Source of the DNA: Oscillospiraceae bacterium
GTDB taxonomy: Bacteria; Bacillota; Clostridia; Oscillospirales; Ruminococcaceae
Reading direction: 5' to 3'
DNA length: 28,687 nucleotides
Assembly (NCBI GenBank): GCA_019416775.1
Contig: DXWR01000068.1
Coordinates: 1 to 28,687 of the forward strand
Below, one piece after another: positions 9,501 through 17,596 of the stretch. Each line of letters begins with the position of its first letter. Position 1 is the stretch's first letter. The position numbers and the translations under genes are program-made. Below the pieces are notes generated by a model. That model was not told the DNA's origin. It did no database searches and worked only from the letters and a program-made list of their open reading frames with translations.

Positions 9501-10466
9501 GGCACTCATCTGGGGGGTATCGCCGCCCGGACCGGAAACTCCATCTCCAATAGCTACAACACCGGCAGTCTTTCCTGTGAAAATGCGGCCAACCTCTATC
9601 ACGGACCGATAGTGGGACGACAGGAAGACGGCTCGGTTACCAACTGCTATTATCTGGACACCTCCCATGAAAGCAACGGCATTGGCACCCCTCTGACCGC
9701 CCAGCAGCTCACCCAGCAGCAAACCTTTGCCGGGTTCGACTTTGACTCCACCTGGACCATGGCAGGCAACCCGGACTACCCCTATCCGGAACTGGATTCC
9801 ACCCCCATGGTACTGCCCAAAGAGATCATCGGCCTGGTGATCCTTTCCCTGCCCAGCCAGACCACCTACCAGCAAGGAGAGGCCTTAAACCTGGCTGGAT
9901 TGACAGTCGCTGTCCAATACAGCGATGGCAGCCGGGAAACGGTCACCGATTACACTGTTTCCGGCTACGACCCTCAGCAGACCGGTCAGCAGCAGATCAC
10001 CCTCTCTTACGGCGGCCAAAGCGCTTCCTTCACCGTTACGGTTCAGGCTCAGCCGGAAGCCATTCTGGAAAGTTTAGCCTTTGACAGCTATCCCGATAAA
10101 ATGGAATACACCCTGGGAGAACCCCTGGATCTTACCGGTTTGGAGGTGGTGGGGCTATACAGCGACGGCAGCCGCCGTCCCATCACCGGTTACGATCCCA
10201 ACACCTCTGGTTCTCAGCGGATCGTCATTTCGTACCAAGGTGTGTCCTACCACTTCTGGATCGAAGTTCGGGAAAGCTCTGCTCAAATTTTGACCGGAGA
10301 CTATAACAACGACGGATCCCTTTCCGTCACCGACGTGATGACCTTGGCTCAGTACATTTGCGGCAACACTTCTGCCATCAACCAATCCGCAGACTTTAAC
10401 AATGACGGAAAAGAAGATGTACTGGACGTAATGTACTTAGCGCAACATATCGTCAGTGGTGCCTGA
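6600..10466 (+). CDS. Secreted GLUG-motif repeat (beta-solenoid-like) protein with two bacterial Ig-like domains and a C-terminal type I dockerin (1288 aa)
   Basis: Signal peptide ending ...PVMA; FAGGxG..DxPYxI cap occurs twice; many GGIxG / CxNxGxV repeats; two Big_3-like units (Y..GE.L.L.GL.V...YSDGS...GYD); paired EF-hand-like GDYNNDGSLSVTD / ADFNNDGKEDVLD. GTG start behind GGAGG. Confidence 0.85.
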   Translation: MKKAKVILSSLLAALFFAVSLPLSALPVMASGFAGGNGTADNPYLIRTPAQLQAMEEDLSAHYQLASNISLSQTTWRPIGDADHPFTGSLEGNGYSITGLNLSYSGTSAEPVRAGLFDLLQGSVKHLSLSGSITADLSGTAIQAGLLAAELQDAAVSDCTFAGEMILTTSGSESSVYAALLAGTMNNSTVSNCTTDGSLQVESTAAGRAAGITGSALGCTISSCTNQGDVSVLASGTTTSAQADAAGIIADLRGDTQVNDCHNYGSITSYGSAMANGGGIVGILGDSASDGSVTGCANAGAIDVYVGGQNYAAYGGGIAGQNRGDITDCHNTGSVHVSDWSRASLGGGVVGGNLESATISGCSNTGDVVVEGNLSDSSFSMDYAGTSYAAGLAGLHDGSSKIEGCWNSGSVHCYSNWSSSIAGGLCGSVSAIATVENAFNTGSVSAYQEGDSSYSSSAGGIVGHNGGNDNPDLLHCYSIGRVYANGSWGTKIGSSYFSSNSDCYALGDGRLNVRDGGYIQSSNISYVSQTPEEMEQQSTYAAFDFDTVWQMGDGASYPYPTLRGNPYIAPQEDATRFAGGSGMPYDPYQISNAAQLNNMRQELGAYYTLTEDIAFSPSDFVSGGVYYHNGQGWTPIGADERYPFFGLLEGGGHTISGVTLTPSGNSPQYVGLFGSLGATIRDLNVTDLTICASFHNANQEYNSFYVGGLAGRSYNSLLEHITVSGTISAQGEEDGLYLGGIFGSGGGSYHQQLIACTNHASLQGESQNRLRLGGIAGACSDSTLEDCANTGKIASLSGGDVGGLIGSSTDGTFTGGVNSGDVSVSSAQNSEIFMGGIVGVNSGTNILQCANTGNITGENIFDTTDEEASHSTFLYAGGIVGRSFESSPVSDSYNTGDICASSAFTTVHIGGITGICYYRDEISRCWNSGSLTGYAPLYSYAGGIVGYSGYVTNCYNTGDLSLSGSQRGTHLGGIAARTGNSISNSYNTGSLSCENAANLYHGPIVGRQEDGSVTNCYYLDTSHESNGIGTPLTAQQLTQQQTFAGFDFDSTWTMAGNPDYPYPELDSTPMVLPKEIIGLVILSLPSQTTYQQGEALNLAGLTVAVQYSDGSRETVTDYTVSGYDPQQTGQQQITLSYGGQSASFTVTVQAQPEAILESLAFDSYPDKMEYTLGEPLDLTGLEVVGLYSDGSRRPITGYDPNTSGSQRIVISYQGVSYHFWIEVRESSAQILTGDYNNDGSLSVTDVMTLAQYICGNTSAINQSADFNNDGKEDVLDVMYLAQHIVSGA
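6696..9795 (+). repeat. Intragenic tandem duplication of a ~500-540 aa module
   Basis: Unit 1 (~6696-8286) FAGGNGTADNPYLI...FDFDTVWQM..YPYPTL; unit 2 (~8328-9795) FAGGSGMPYDPYQI...FDFDSTWTM..YPYPEL. Confidence 0.85.
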
Positions 10467-10492
10467 TTTTCCAAAAATATAGACCATCATCA

Positions 10493-10535
10493 AAACAGCC
10501 GCTTTCCCTACAATCTTGGGGAAGGCGGCCGTTTC
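10493..10535. terminator. Probable bidirectional terminator between convergent genes
   Basis: AAAACAGCCGCTTTCCC...GGGAAGGCGGCCGTTT. Confidence 0.75.
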
Positions 10536-10537
10536 AT

Positions 10538-11236
10538 TTACAAATAAAATTCTTCCATTGTATCCAGGCAAAGACAAGCCAGCCTTCCCCCGATAGCAGC
10601 TCCGCAGTCAATGACAATGTTATTGCAATTATGGTAGATCACCCATTTGCCGCTGATAAATTTCGTAGGTGTGTGGCCGGAGAGAACGTAGATGGAATCA
10701 TCAGGAAAGTATTGCATCCCATAATCCGGCTGTACAACGGTCAGCTCCTCCAAGCTATACTCCTCCAGCTTTTTCTCGGGACGGTAGCCTCCCAATCCGG
10801 CATGCACCAGCAGGAAACCTCGTTCTCCTACATCCACCGTCTCATACCAACCAAAGCTTTCCATAAATTCCAACAGCTCATAGCGCTGCTTCGGGGGAAG
10901 AACCTGAAATTGCTGCATTGTCACCTGACCGCCATTCCTTTCCCAAACCGCGATCTGCCGCAACAAATCCAGATCCAGAATCTCATCAATATTTTCCGGA
11001 GTCACCGGAAGAACCAATTGCTTTAGCACCAGCAGCGCCATGATTTCGTGATTTCCCATCAAAGGGTGCACATTGGGCCGCTTTGCAATATCCTGGAGAA
11101 GTTTCACCGGCTGAGGACCCCGATCTACCAAATCCCCCAGTAAATAAAGAGTATCGCTGTCCTGAAACCCGATTTTTTCCAACATAGCCAGAAACTTTCC
11201 ATATTCCCCATGCAGATCGCTCATGGCATAAATCAT
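10538..11236 (-). CDS. Calcineurin-like metallophosphoesterase (PPP/PrpA/ApaH-like Ser/Thr phosphatase family)
   Basis: SDLHG, GDLVDRG, GNHE, HAG, GHT, DCG motifs. ATG 11236 overlaps the WYL stop (TGATG); RBS AAGGAGG lies inside the WYL 3' end. A GTG at 11239 is an alternative start. Confidence 0.92.
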   Translation of the reverse strand: MIYAMSDLHGEYGKFLAMLEKIGFQDSDTLYLLGDLVDRGPQPVKLLQDIAKRPNVHPLMGNHEIMALLVLKQLVLPVTPENIDEILDLDLLRQIAVWERNGGQVTMQQFQVLPPKQRYELLEFMESFGWYETVDVGERGFLLVHAGLGGYRPEKKLEEYSLEELTVVQPDYGMQYFPDDSIYVLSGHTPTKFISGKWVIYHNCNNIVIDCGAAIGGRLACLCLDTMEEFYL

Positions 11237-12315
11237 CACTTGTCCTCCTTGGAAGAGAGGGGCGTCTCATACTGTGCCATGGCCGTGCGCAGATCCTGCC
11301 GCACTTCCTTCACCAAGCTTTGGGGGGAAAGCACCTGTACATACAGAGCATACTGCAAGGCCCAGCGGCGCATGGCCTCTAAATTGACATACACCCGAGC
11401 AGTGACCTCCGTTTCCGTCTCCTGGAAAAATTCCACCTCTTGACCAAACCAGTCAATCACATCCCCTACCAAGCTTTTCTTTAACCGAAAAGTGACGGTT
11501 TCGCTGGGCCCGGCAAACATATAGATATGCTCTGCCATGTGTTTAGGGAGATCGAAGCCGTGCTCCAACCCCTGCACCTGCTCCATGGGTTTTATGGGAG
11601 TGGGGAGAAGCTGAATATCCGTAATGCGGTCCAAACGGTAGTTGGACACATTGCTATATTTTTGATGGTTGCAGATTAGGTAATACCGGCCGTTGACCGC
11701 AGCAATCTGATAGGGATTTACCACATAGTTACGCAGATTTCCCGCCGCTGTTTTTTGAGGATGCAGCTTTTTATCCATTCCATAACGGTTGTAGGTAAAG
11801 CTCACTTGCCGTTTGGTGCTGATGGCTTTGTCCAGCACTTCGATGGTGTAGAAAAGCTGCTTATTTTGCGGCATATTATCGGGCAAAATGGTGATATGCT
11901 TTACTCTGGATTTAAAATACCGGCTGGACAGTTTTTCCAGCTTTTCAATGAGCTGCTGCCGCTGGCGGTGAGGAATATTTTTAGCAAAGAGAAGGCTGTC
12001 GATCAACAGCCGCAGTTCGCTGTCGGAAAATTCCCGTACCAGATAGTAGTCGGTTTGGATGATCGTTTCCTCCAGCTGGCCGGTTTTGGCATTTTTTACC
12101 TTTCGCCTCGCTTCGGAGCATTCAATTTCCATGCCGAACTCCATTAAGTCGGTCAGGTTCCGTTTCACCGCTTTCCGATCTGCCGTCATGCCATATTCCG
12201 TTTTCAAATACTGAATGATCTCCTTCTGGCTTAAACGGTGGTCTTCGTCACTGTATTTCCGAAGAATTTCCAGAATGTCTAGGATCAATAGTTTTTTAGA
12301 TTGGGCAGCATACAT
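11236..12315 (-). CDS. wHTH-WYL-WCX transcriptional regulator (359 aa)
   Basis: N-terminal wHTH (LSQKEII..L...YGMTADRKAVKRNL), FSDSELRLLIDSL linker, WYL core VNPYQI...GRYYLIC...YRLDRI, WCX-like VIDWFG...WALQY...VQVLSPQSL. ATG 12315 behind AAGGAGG. Confidence 0.92.
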   Translation of the reverse strand: MYAAQSKKLLILDILEILRKYSDEDHRLSQKEIIQYLKTEYGMTADRKAVKRNLTDLMEFGMEIECSEARRKVKNAKTGQLEETIIQTDYYLVREFSDSELRLLIDSLLFAKNIPHRQRQQLIEKLEKLSSRYFKSRVKHITILPDNMPQNKQLFYTIEVLDKAISTKRQVSFTYNRYGMDKKLHPQKTAAGNLRNYVVNPYQIAAVNGRYYLICNHQKYSNVSNYRLDRITDIQLLPTPIKPMEQVQGLEHGFDLPKHMAEHIYMFAGPSETVTFRLKKSLVGDVIDWFGQEVEFFQETETEVTARVYVNLEAMRRWALQYALYVQVLSPQSLVKEVRQDLRTAMAQYETPLSSKEDK

Positions 12316-12431
12316 AAAACCATCCTCCTTTGGGCATTGTACCATCTTTTCCGAGAAACTGCAACTCAAATTGGTTCCCTTGTATTTCGGATTTTAGTAT
12401 ATCTCAACCCATGGGGGAAAAAGGGGACAAG

Positions 12432-12462
12432 AAAAAGCCCGGAGGGAAAAACCTTCCGGGCT
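12432..12462 (-). terminator. Intrinsic terminator after galM
   Basis: AGCCCGGAGG...CCTTCCGGGCT hairpin with an upstream A run (U tract on minus). Confidence 0.8.
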
Positions 12463-12475
12463 GAAAAATTTCATT

Positions 12476-13525
12476 TTACTCTTTGCAAAGCTGATAAACC
12501 GTAACGCTGTGATAGGTTTCCCCGGCCTTCAGGAAAGGAGTGGGGAAGAAGGGGATAGAGGTGCTGTTGGGGAAGTACTGGGTCTCCAGGCAGAAAGCGT
12601 CCCGCTTGTGGTGATCCACTCCGTTTTTCCCCTTGCACTCGTCCATGCCGTTGCCGGCGTAGAACTGGATGCCGGGCAGATCGGTGTATGTTTTCAGGCG
12701 GATGCCGGTTTTGTCGCCGATAGTTTCCGCCGCCAGGTTCAGCTGGCCGGCCGGAGCGTCCAACACCCAGTTATGGTCGTAACCGCCGGTGATGGCCATA
12801 TCCGGCACCTGATCAATGCCGTCAGCAATGGTGGTGAAGTCGGTAAAGTCAAACACTGTACCCTTCACCGAGAGAATCTCGCCGGTGGGGCAGCAGTCCT
12901 CATCCACAGGAGTGTAGAAGGGGGCGTAAATCTTCATTTTGTGGTTGACAATGGTGCCGCTGCCGGAACCATTCAGGTTGAAGTAAGCGTGGTTGGTCAA
13001 ATTTACCACGGTGTCAGCATCGGTAGAAGCAGTGTAGTCCAATTTCAAGGCATTGTCGGCGGAAAGGCTATATACCACCGTTACGGTCACATTGCCCGGG
13101 AATCCGGCGGACATATCCTCATCGTACAGTTTGCAGGCAATGGCCTGGTCTTCTCCCAAGGTGATGACCTGGACATCGAAGAACCGCCGGTCATAGCCGT
13201 TGGGACCGCCGTGGAGGTTGTTGTTGTTTTCGTTTTTGTTCACCTGATAAGTTTTGCCGTTCAGGTCAAAGGACGCATTCTTAATCCGGTTGGCGTGACG
13301 GCCGATGCAGGCTCCCAGATAGCCGCCGTGGCTCATGTATTCCTGAGGGGTGTCGTAGCCCAGCAGCACGTCCACGGTGTTGCCGTCCTTATCTTTGGTG
13401 CAGATGGACTGAAGGGTAGCTCCCAAGCTCATCACGCTGGCAGAGGTCTCCCCGTTATCCAGGGTATACAGGGTGACGTCCCTGCCTTCCCAGCTTCCAA
13501 AGGGGCGGGTAGTTACTTTGGTCAT
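12476..13525 (-). CDS. galM: Aldose 1-epimerase (galactose mutarotase, 349 aa)
   Basis: GRHANRI, LHGG, NLTNHAYFNL, GYDHNW, FCLETQYFP motifs; RBS AAGGAG before ATG 13525. Confidence 0.93.
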   Translation of the reverse strand: MTKVTTRPFGSWEGRDVTLYTLDNGETSASVMSLGATLQSICTKDKDGNTVDVLLGYDTPQEYMSHGGYLGACIGRHANRIKNASFDLNGKTYQVNKNENNNNLHGGPNGYDRRFFDVQVITLGEDQAIACKLYDEDMSAGFPGNVTVTVVYSLSADNALKLDYTASTDADTVVNLTNHAYFNLNGSGSGTIVNHKMKIYAPFYTPVDEDCCPTGEILSVKGTVFDFTDFTTIADGIDQVPDMAITGGYDHNWVLDAPAGQLNLAAETIGDKTGIRLKTYTDLPGIQFYAGNGMDECKGKNGVDHHKRDAFCLETQYFPNSTSIPFFPTPFLKAGETYHSVTVYQLCKE

Positions 13526-13577
13526 AGTAATTTCTCCTTTGCAAATTATTTTCAGAGGTTGCCCTCTGTAAATCAAG

Positions 13578-14876
13578 TTAAGATACGGTGGTGCCGGTGT
13601 AATAATGGGTCAGGATCTGAACATAGCTCCAGCCCTCATACCGAGCATAACCCATGGCTCCTATCTGGCTCATCCCCACACAGTGGCCGTAACCCCGGGC
13701 GGAGAAGGTAAAGGTGTCGCTGGCAGCATCGTAGGAAATGGTAAATTTGGGGCTGCGGATCCGGCTGAACCAAGATTCCCGGAAGGTATTGCCATACACT
13801 GTCACATTGCCGCCGCTGCCGCCGATTCGCAGTCGATGTACCACACCGTCATCCCCAGTGCTCACCACGGTAAGCCAGGTAGAGGGATCCCCGGAAAGAT
13901 CCAGGGAACTGTTCTTGCTCAGCAGCGTCTCTCTCAACTGGGCACTGGTCACCGAAACGGTGGAGTTGTCCTCATCATACTTGCTCTCCACCCCGGTCAA
14001 ATAAGATACCGTGCCGCCCCAAACGTATTGGCTGCCCACGGTGTGTCCCCCGGCGCTGGCAGAGTATACCGCCATAATGGGACTGCCGCCGCTGTACACC
14101 ATTTGACTTGCCACCTGCTCCACATACCGCACGGTTTGCGCGTGGGGCACCTGGAGGTAGACGGTGGGAGCGGTACCTTGATTGTTATAGTAAGCCACAT
14201 AAGAGTGGGCCGCTACCGCCTGGGCTTTATAGGCTTCTGCATACTGGCTGTCTGGTGCACCGGCAACCCCGCCTACAATCTCCGCTTGGGTAATGCCACT
14301 GAGCACCGTCACCGCATCGGCATAATACTGGGTGCCCTTCCAGGTAACGTACAGCATAATTCCGCTGGGCGTATAATCCGGCATCTGAATGGCTTCATCC
14401 AAAGCCGACCGCTGGGGGGTGGAGGCTTCCGGCTGAGAGCTCGTTGAGGGGGCAGAGGAAGTGGAGGAAGGGGTGGACTCCACCGGCGACTGAGGCTGAA
14501 TGGCAGTGCCGGTGTTGTCGGCAGAGGTTTCGTGGTCCAGCTGTTCTTCGGTGAAGGTTTCGGTAACGGTATTGTCCTCCTGCACTACCACCGGATTTTC
14601 CGAGGTAGCTACTACTTCAGGTTCCGGTTCCTCTGCTTGAGATACCGGCTCTTCCGACTGAGATACCGGTTCCACCTCTTGAACTGCCTCCAACGCAGAG
14701 CTCACTTCTGTTTCTGAAACCGCTGAGGAAGCCTCTGATTCCGGAGCAGAAAAACTCACTCCTTGGCCGTGAACCGGCCGGTCCAGCTGGGTTACCCAAA
14801 ACAGACATCCGGCTACAAACACCACTAAGGCCAACGCCAGCGCCACCAAAGCAAAAATGGTTTTTTTCTGCAGCAT
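13578..14876 (-). CDS. Membrane-anchored SpoIID/LytB-domain lytic transglycosylase-like protein with a long S/E/P-rich linker
   Basis: N-terminal TM; low-complexity stalk; QAEI (candidate catalytic Glu), EAYKAQAVAAHSY, GYGHCVGMSQIGA, ILTHYYTG. Confidence 0.88.
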   Translation of the reverse strand: MLQKKTIFALVALALALVVFVAGCLFWVTQLDRPVHGQGVSFSAPESEASSAVSETEVSSALEAVQEVEPVSQSEEPVSQAEEPEPEVVATSENPVVVQEDNTVTETFTEEQLDHETSADNTGTAIQPQSPVESTPSSTSSAPSTSSQPEASTPQRSALDEAIQMPDYTPSGIMLYVTWKGTQYYADAVTVLSGITQAEIVGGVAGAPDSQYAEAYKAQAVAAHSYVAYYNNQGTAPTVYLQVPHAQTVRYVEQVASQMVYSGGSPIMAVYSASAGGHTVGSQYVWGGTVSYLTGVESKYDEDNSTVSVTSAQLRETLLSKNSSLDLSGDPSTWLTVVSTGDDGVVHRLRIGGSGGNVTVYGNTFRESWFSRIRSPKFTISYDAASDTFTFSARGYGHCVGMSQIGAMGYARYEGWSYVQILTHYYTGTTVS

Positions 14877-14891
14877 TTGGTTCCCTCCTGA

Positions 14892-15758
14892 TTAGATAAA
14901 GGGGTTATCCATGTTTCGGCTGGTGTACCATACATCCGGCATCCGCTGATTCGTGTTGTCGGTGTAGGTTACAGAATCCGCGCTTTCTCCTTCCCGCAGC
15001 GCTCGGGCGACCACCACAATCCGTCCATTGTTAATGTCGTAGTCACAGGTGGACAGGGTCAAGTAATGATCTGTTTCATCCCATTCCACGCTGGGATGGA
15101 AATAACTTCGCTGAGTAATCTGTTCTTTGAAGGTGTTGAAATCCCGCTGGGAAAAGTCAATGTAATTTTGATAATCGAACACATCCGCCCCAGTAGCGTT
15201 GGGATCCGCCAAAAAGGCCCCGATGACCACATAGGTTTGATCCTGATAAATAGTATCAAATTCCACGGTGCTGTGGCTTTGAGCATAGGAGGCGGAAGTG
15301 TAGTTGGTAAGTTCATGGAAAAAGCTGCCGTTGTTGGCGTTGTGGCCATACAGAATGGTGTTGTCGCTCATTCCTTCCGGGGTGATCTGGCAGCGGTAAT
15401 CAGCAAACACCGTCCCCAGCCGAGAATAGGCTCCATAAAAGCTGGTGTGGAGGTATTTGTCGTTGTCGGTGGTCTGAACCACCGCATAATGAATCACGGT
15501 ATTGGGTACTGTGATGCTTCCCACAAAATCCTGGTTAGTGGCGTAGGGTACCGCTGCTTCTTCCTGGGCCTGTTCCGGCAGAGCTTCGATTTGTTCCTGG
15601 GTAGGTTCCTGCTCCAATAACTGAGCTACCTGTTGGTTTTCGCTTTCAATTTGATGGTATTCCAATCCGTAATGCAGAAGCATACCGCCGCTGACCAAAA
15701 ACACTGCTGCACAAATCACAATTAAAATAGTCCAGATTACACGGTGCTTTTTCTTCAT
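14892..15758 (-). CDS. Class B sortase
   Basis: N-terminal TM; VVQTTDNDKYL, GTVFADYR, NTILYGHN, catalytic LTLSTC..NGRIVVVA. Start is ATG 15758 or GTG 15761. Confidence 0.9.
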   Translation of the reverse strand: MKKKHRVIWTILIVICAAVFLVSGGMLLHYGLEYHQIESENQQVAQLLEQEPTQEQIEALPEQAQEEAAVPYATNQDFVGSITVPNTVIHYAVVQTTDNDKYLHTSFYGAYSRLGTVFADYRCQITPEGMSDNTILYGHNANNGSFFHELTNYTSASYAQSHSTVEFDTIYQDQTYVVIGAFLADPNATGADVFDYQNYIDFSQRDFNTFKEQITQRSYFHPSVEWDETDHYLTLSTCDYDINNGRIVVVARALREGESADSVTYTDNTNQRMPDVWYTSRNMDNPFI

Positions 15759-15792
15759 CACCGGTTTTTCCCCTTTGGCCCTCATAACTGAA

Positions 15793-16347
15793 TTACTCCT
15801 CCCGATAGGTAACAAATGACGAGGTTTCGGTTCCGGACAAATAGGCGTTTACCATCTGCAATGCGTTGATGCGGGCCAAAGCCTGGACTTGTTCCCGATC
15901 CTGGCCTGCCGGGGAGAGCTGGTATTTTTCCACCCAAACTCTTCCTTCACAGGCCAAGCCGATAAACACGGTGCCCACCGGCTTTTCCGAGGTACCCCCC
16001 TCCGGTCCGGCAATGCCGGTAATGGCCACATTGCAGTCCGCCCCAGACAGCTTTTCCAAGCCCAGCGCCATTTGAGCGCAGGTGTCGTAGCTGACGGCGC
16101 CGTGCTGCTCCAAGGTCTCCGGCTTTACTCCTAACAGTTTGGTTTTGATGCGGTTGGCGTAGGTTACCACGCCGCATTCAAACACCTGGCTGGCGCCGGG
16201 CAGGGTAGTGATCCAAGCCGCCAAGCTTCCGCCGGTGCAGCTTTCCCCGGTGGCGATGGTTTTGTGCTGCGCCAGCAGCTGCTCCATCACCGTTTGGTGC
16301 AATCCTAAATGTTCCGGTTCAATGATGATAATTGGCTCCCAAGCCAT
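15793..16347 (-). CDS. CinA C-terminal domain / PncC-family nicotinamide mononucleotide deamidase
   Basis: ESCTGG, VVTYANRIK..LLGV, GAVS, TGIAGP.GG...KPVGTVFIG. Confidence 0.92.
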   Translation of the reverse strand: MAWEPIIIIEPEHLGLHQTVMEQLLAQHKTIATGESCTGGSLAAWITTLPGASQVFECGVVTYANRIKTKLLGVKPETLEQHGAVSYDTCAQMALGLEKLSGADCNVAITGIAGPEGGTSEKPVGTVFIGLACEGRVWVEKYQLSPAGQDREQVQALARINALQMVNAYLSGTETSSFVTYREE

Positions 16348-16402
16348 GACAATCTCTCCTTTTTTCTTTCCATGATATCACGATTTGATCCTCATTTCGG
16401 CA

Positions 16403-17578
16403 TCAAGGATGGAGCATGGTTAAGGTAATGCCATCCATAGCCCTCTGAATGAGAGGTTCAAAATCAAAGGCGTTTTGGGCTTCCTCCACCACCTTCAGAT
16501 TCGGTTTTGTTTTGGGGTGGCGAGGAGTGAACACGGTGCAGCAATCTTCATAAGGCAGAATGGAGGTTTCAAAGGTGCCGATCTGCCGGGAAATTTGAAT
16601 AATCTCCTCTTTGTCCATCCCAATCAAAGGACGGAACACCGGCATATGCGCCACCGCATCGGTAACCCCCAAAGCCCCGATGGTTTGGCTGGCCACCTGT
16701 CCCAGACTTTCCCCAGTAATCAAGGCTTGCAGCTCATATTTTTCGCTTTCCCGCTGGGCAATTTCCATCATCAGCCGCCGCATAATCAGGGTAAACAGCT
16801 CTTCCGGACAATGTTCCCGGATGGCTTCCTGGATTTCGGTAAAGGGAACGCAGTGAAACTGAATCCGCCCGGAATACTGACTGACGATTTTACAGAGAGT
16901 TTCCACTTTTTCCAACGCCCGGTCACTGGTATAGGGGGGGCTTTGGAAGTGGATGGCGTGAAGCAAAAGCCCCCGTTTGGCCATCATATAGGCCGCCACC
17001 GGGCTGTCGATGCCTCCGCTGATCAACACCATGGCTTTTCCGGAACTGGACACCGGCATCCCACCGGCTCCCGGAGTCTGGGCTCCATGGACGTAGGCGT
17101 GTTCGTCCCGGATCTCCACCGTCACAGTCAGCTGGGGATGATGGACATCCACCTTTAAATGAGGATAGGCTTCCAGCAACGCTCCACCCAATTCCTGCTG
17201 TAATTGAGGGGAAGTGTAGGGAAACTGTTTGTCGCTGCGCTTGGCTTCCACTTTAAAGGTTTGAACATAGGGAAGCTGATCCTTCAAATATTCCACCGCT
17301 TCCTGTTTGATGACGTCCAGATTCTTCTTGGTCACCAAGGTTCTGGAAAAAGCAGAAATGCCGAAGATCTTACTGATGGCCTGGGCCATCTCGTCAAAAT
17401 CCATGTTCTCCTCTTTGGGTTCCACTCGGATGGTGGACTGACTTTTGGTGATGTTTACCTTCCCGAACTTTTTTAACCGGAATCGAATGTTCTTCACTAA
17501 AATTTGTTCAAAGGTGTGCCGGTTGAGTCCCTTCAAGGCAATCTCCCCGGTTTTAATCAAAATAGCTTCTCGCATCAT
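16403..17578 (-). CDS. thiI: tRNA 4-thiouridine(8) synthase ThiI (no rhodanese domain)
   Basis: GEIALKGLNR, THUMP domain, PP-loop SGGIDS, TGESLGQVASQT, PYEDCC. Confidence 0.97.
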   Translation of the reverse strand: MMREAILIKTGEIALKGLNRHTFEQILVKNIRFRLKKFGKVNITKSQSTIRVEPKEENMDFDEMAQAISKIFGISAFSRTLVTKKNLDVIKQEAVEYLKDQLPYVQTFKVEAKRSDKQFPYTSPQLQQELGGALLEAYPHLKVDVHHPQLTVTVEIRDEHAYVHGAQTPGAGGMPVSSSGKAMVLISGGIDSPVAAYMMAKRGLLLHAIHFQSPPYTSDRALEKVETLCKIVSQYSGRIQFHCVPFTEIQEAIREHCPEELFTLIMRRLMMEIAQRESEKYELQALITGESLGQVASQTIGALGVTDAVAHMPVFRPLIGMDKEEIIQISRQIGTFETSILPYEDCCTVFTPRHPKTKPNLKVVEEAQNAFDFEPLIQRAMDGITLTMLHP

Positions 17579-17596
17579 CGTTCTCCTATTGGTTCT

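Noticed and set aside
6630..9875. Several 170-325 aa ORFs antisense or out of frame within the GLUG gene
   Set aside because: Shadows of a GC-rich repetitive coding sequence, with no independent support.
12509..13711. 400-aa plus-strand ORF
   Set aside because: Antisense shadow of galM; no recognisable motifs; expected from codon bias.
14620..14680. Short direct repeat TGAGATACCGG in the SpoIID-like gene
   Set aside because: Encodes EPVSQ twice in a low-complexity linker; not a CRISPR or mobile-element repeat.
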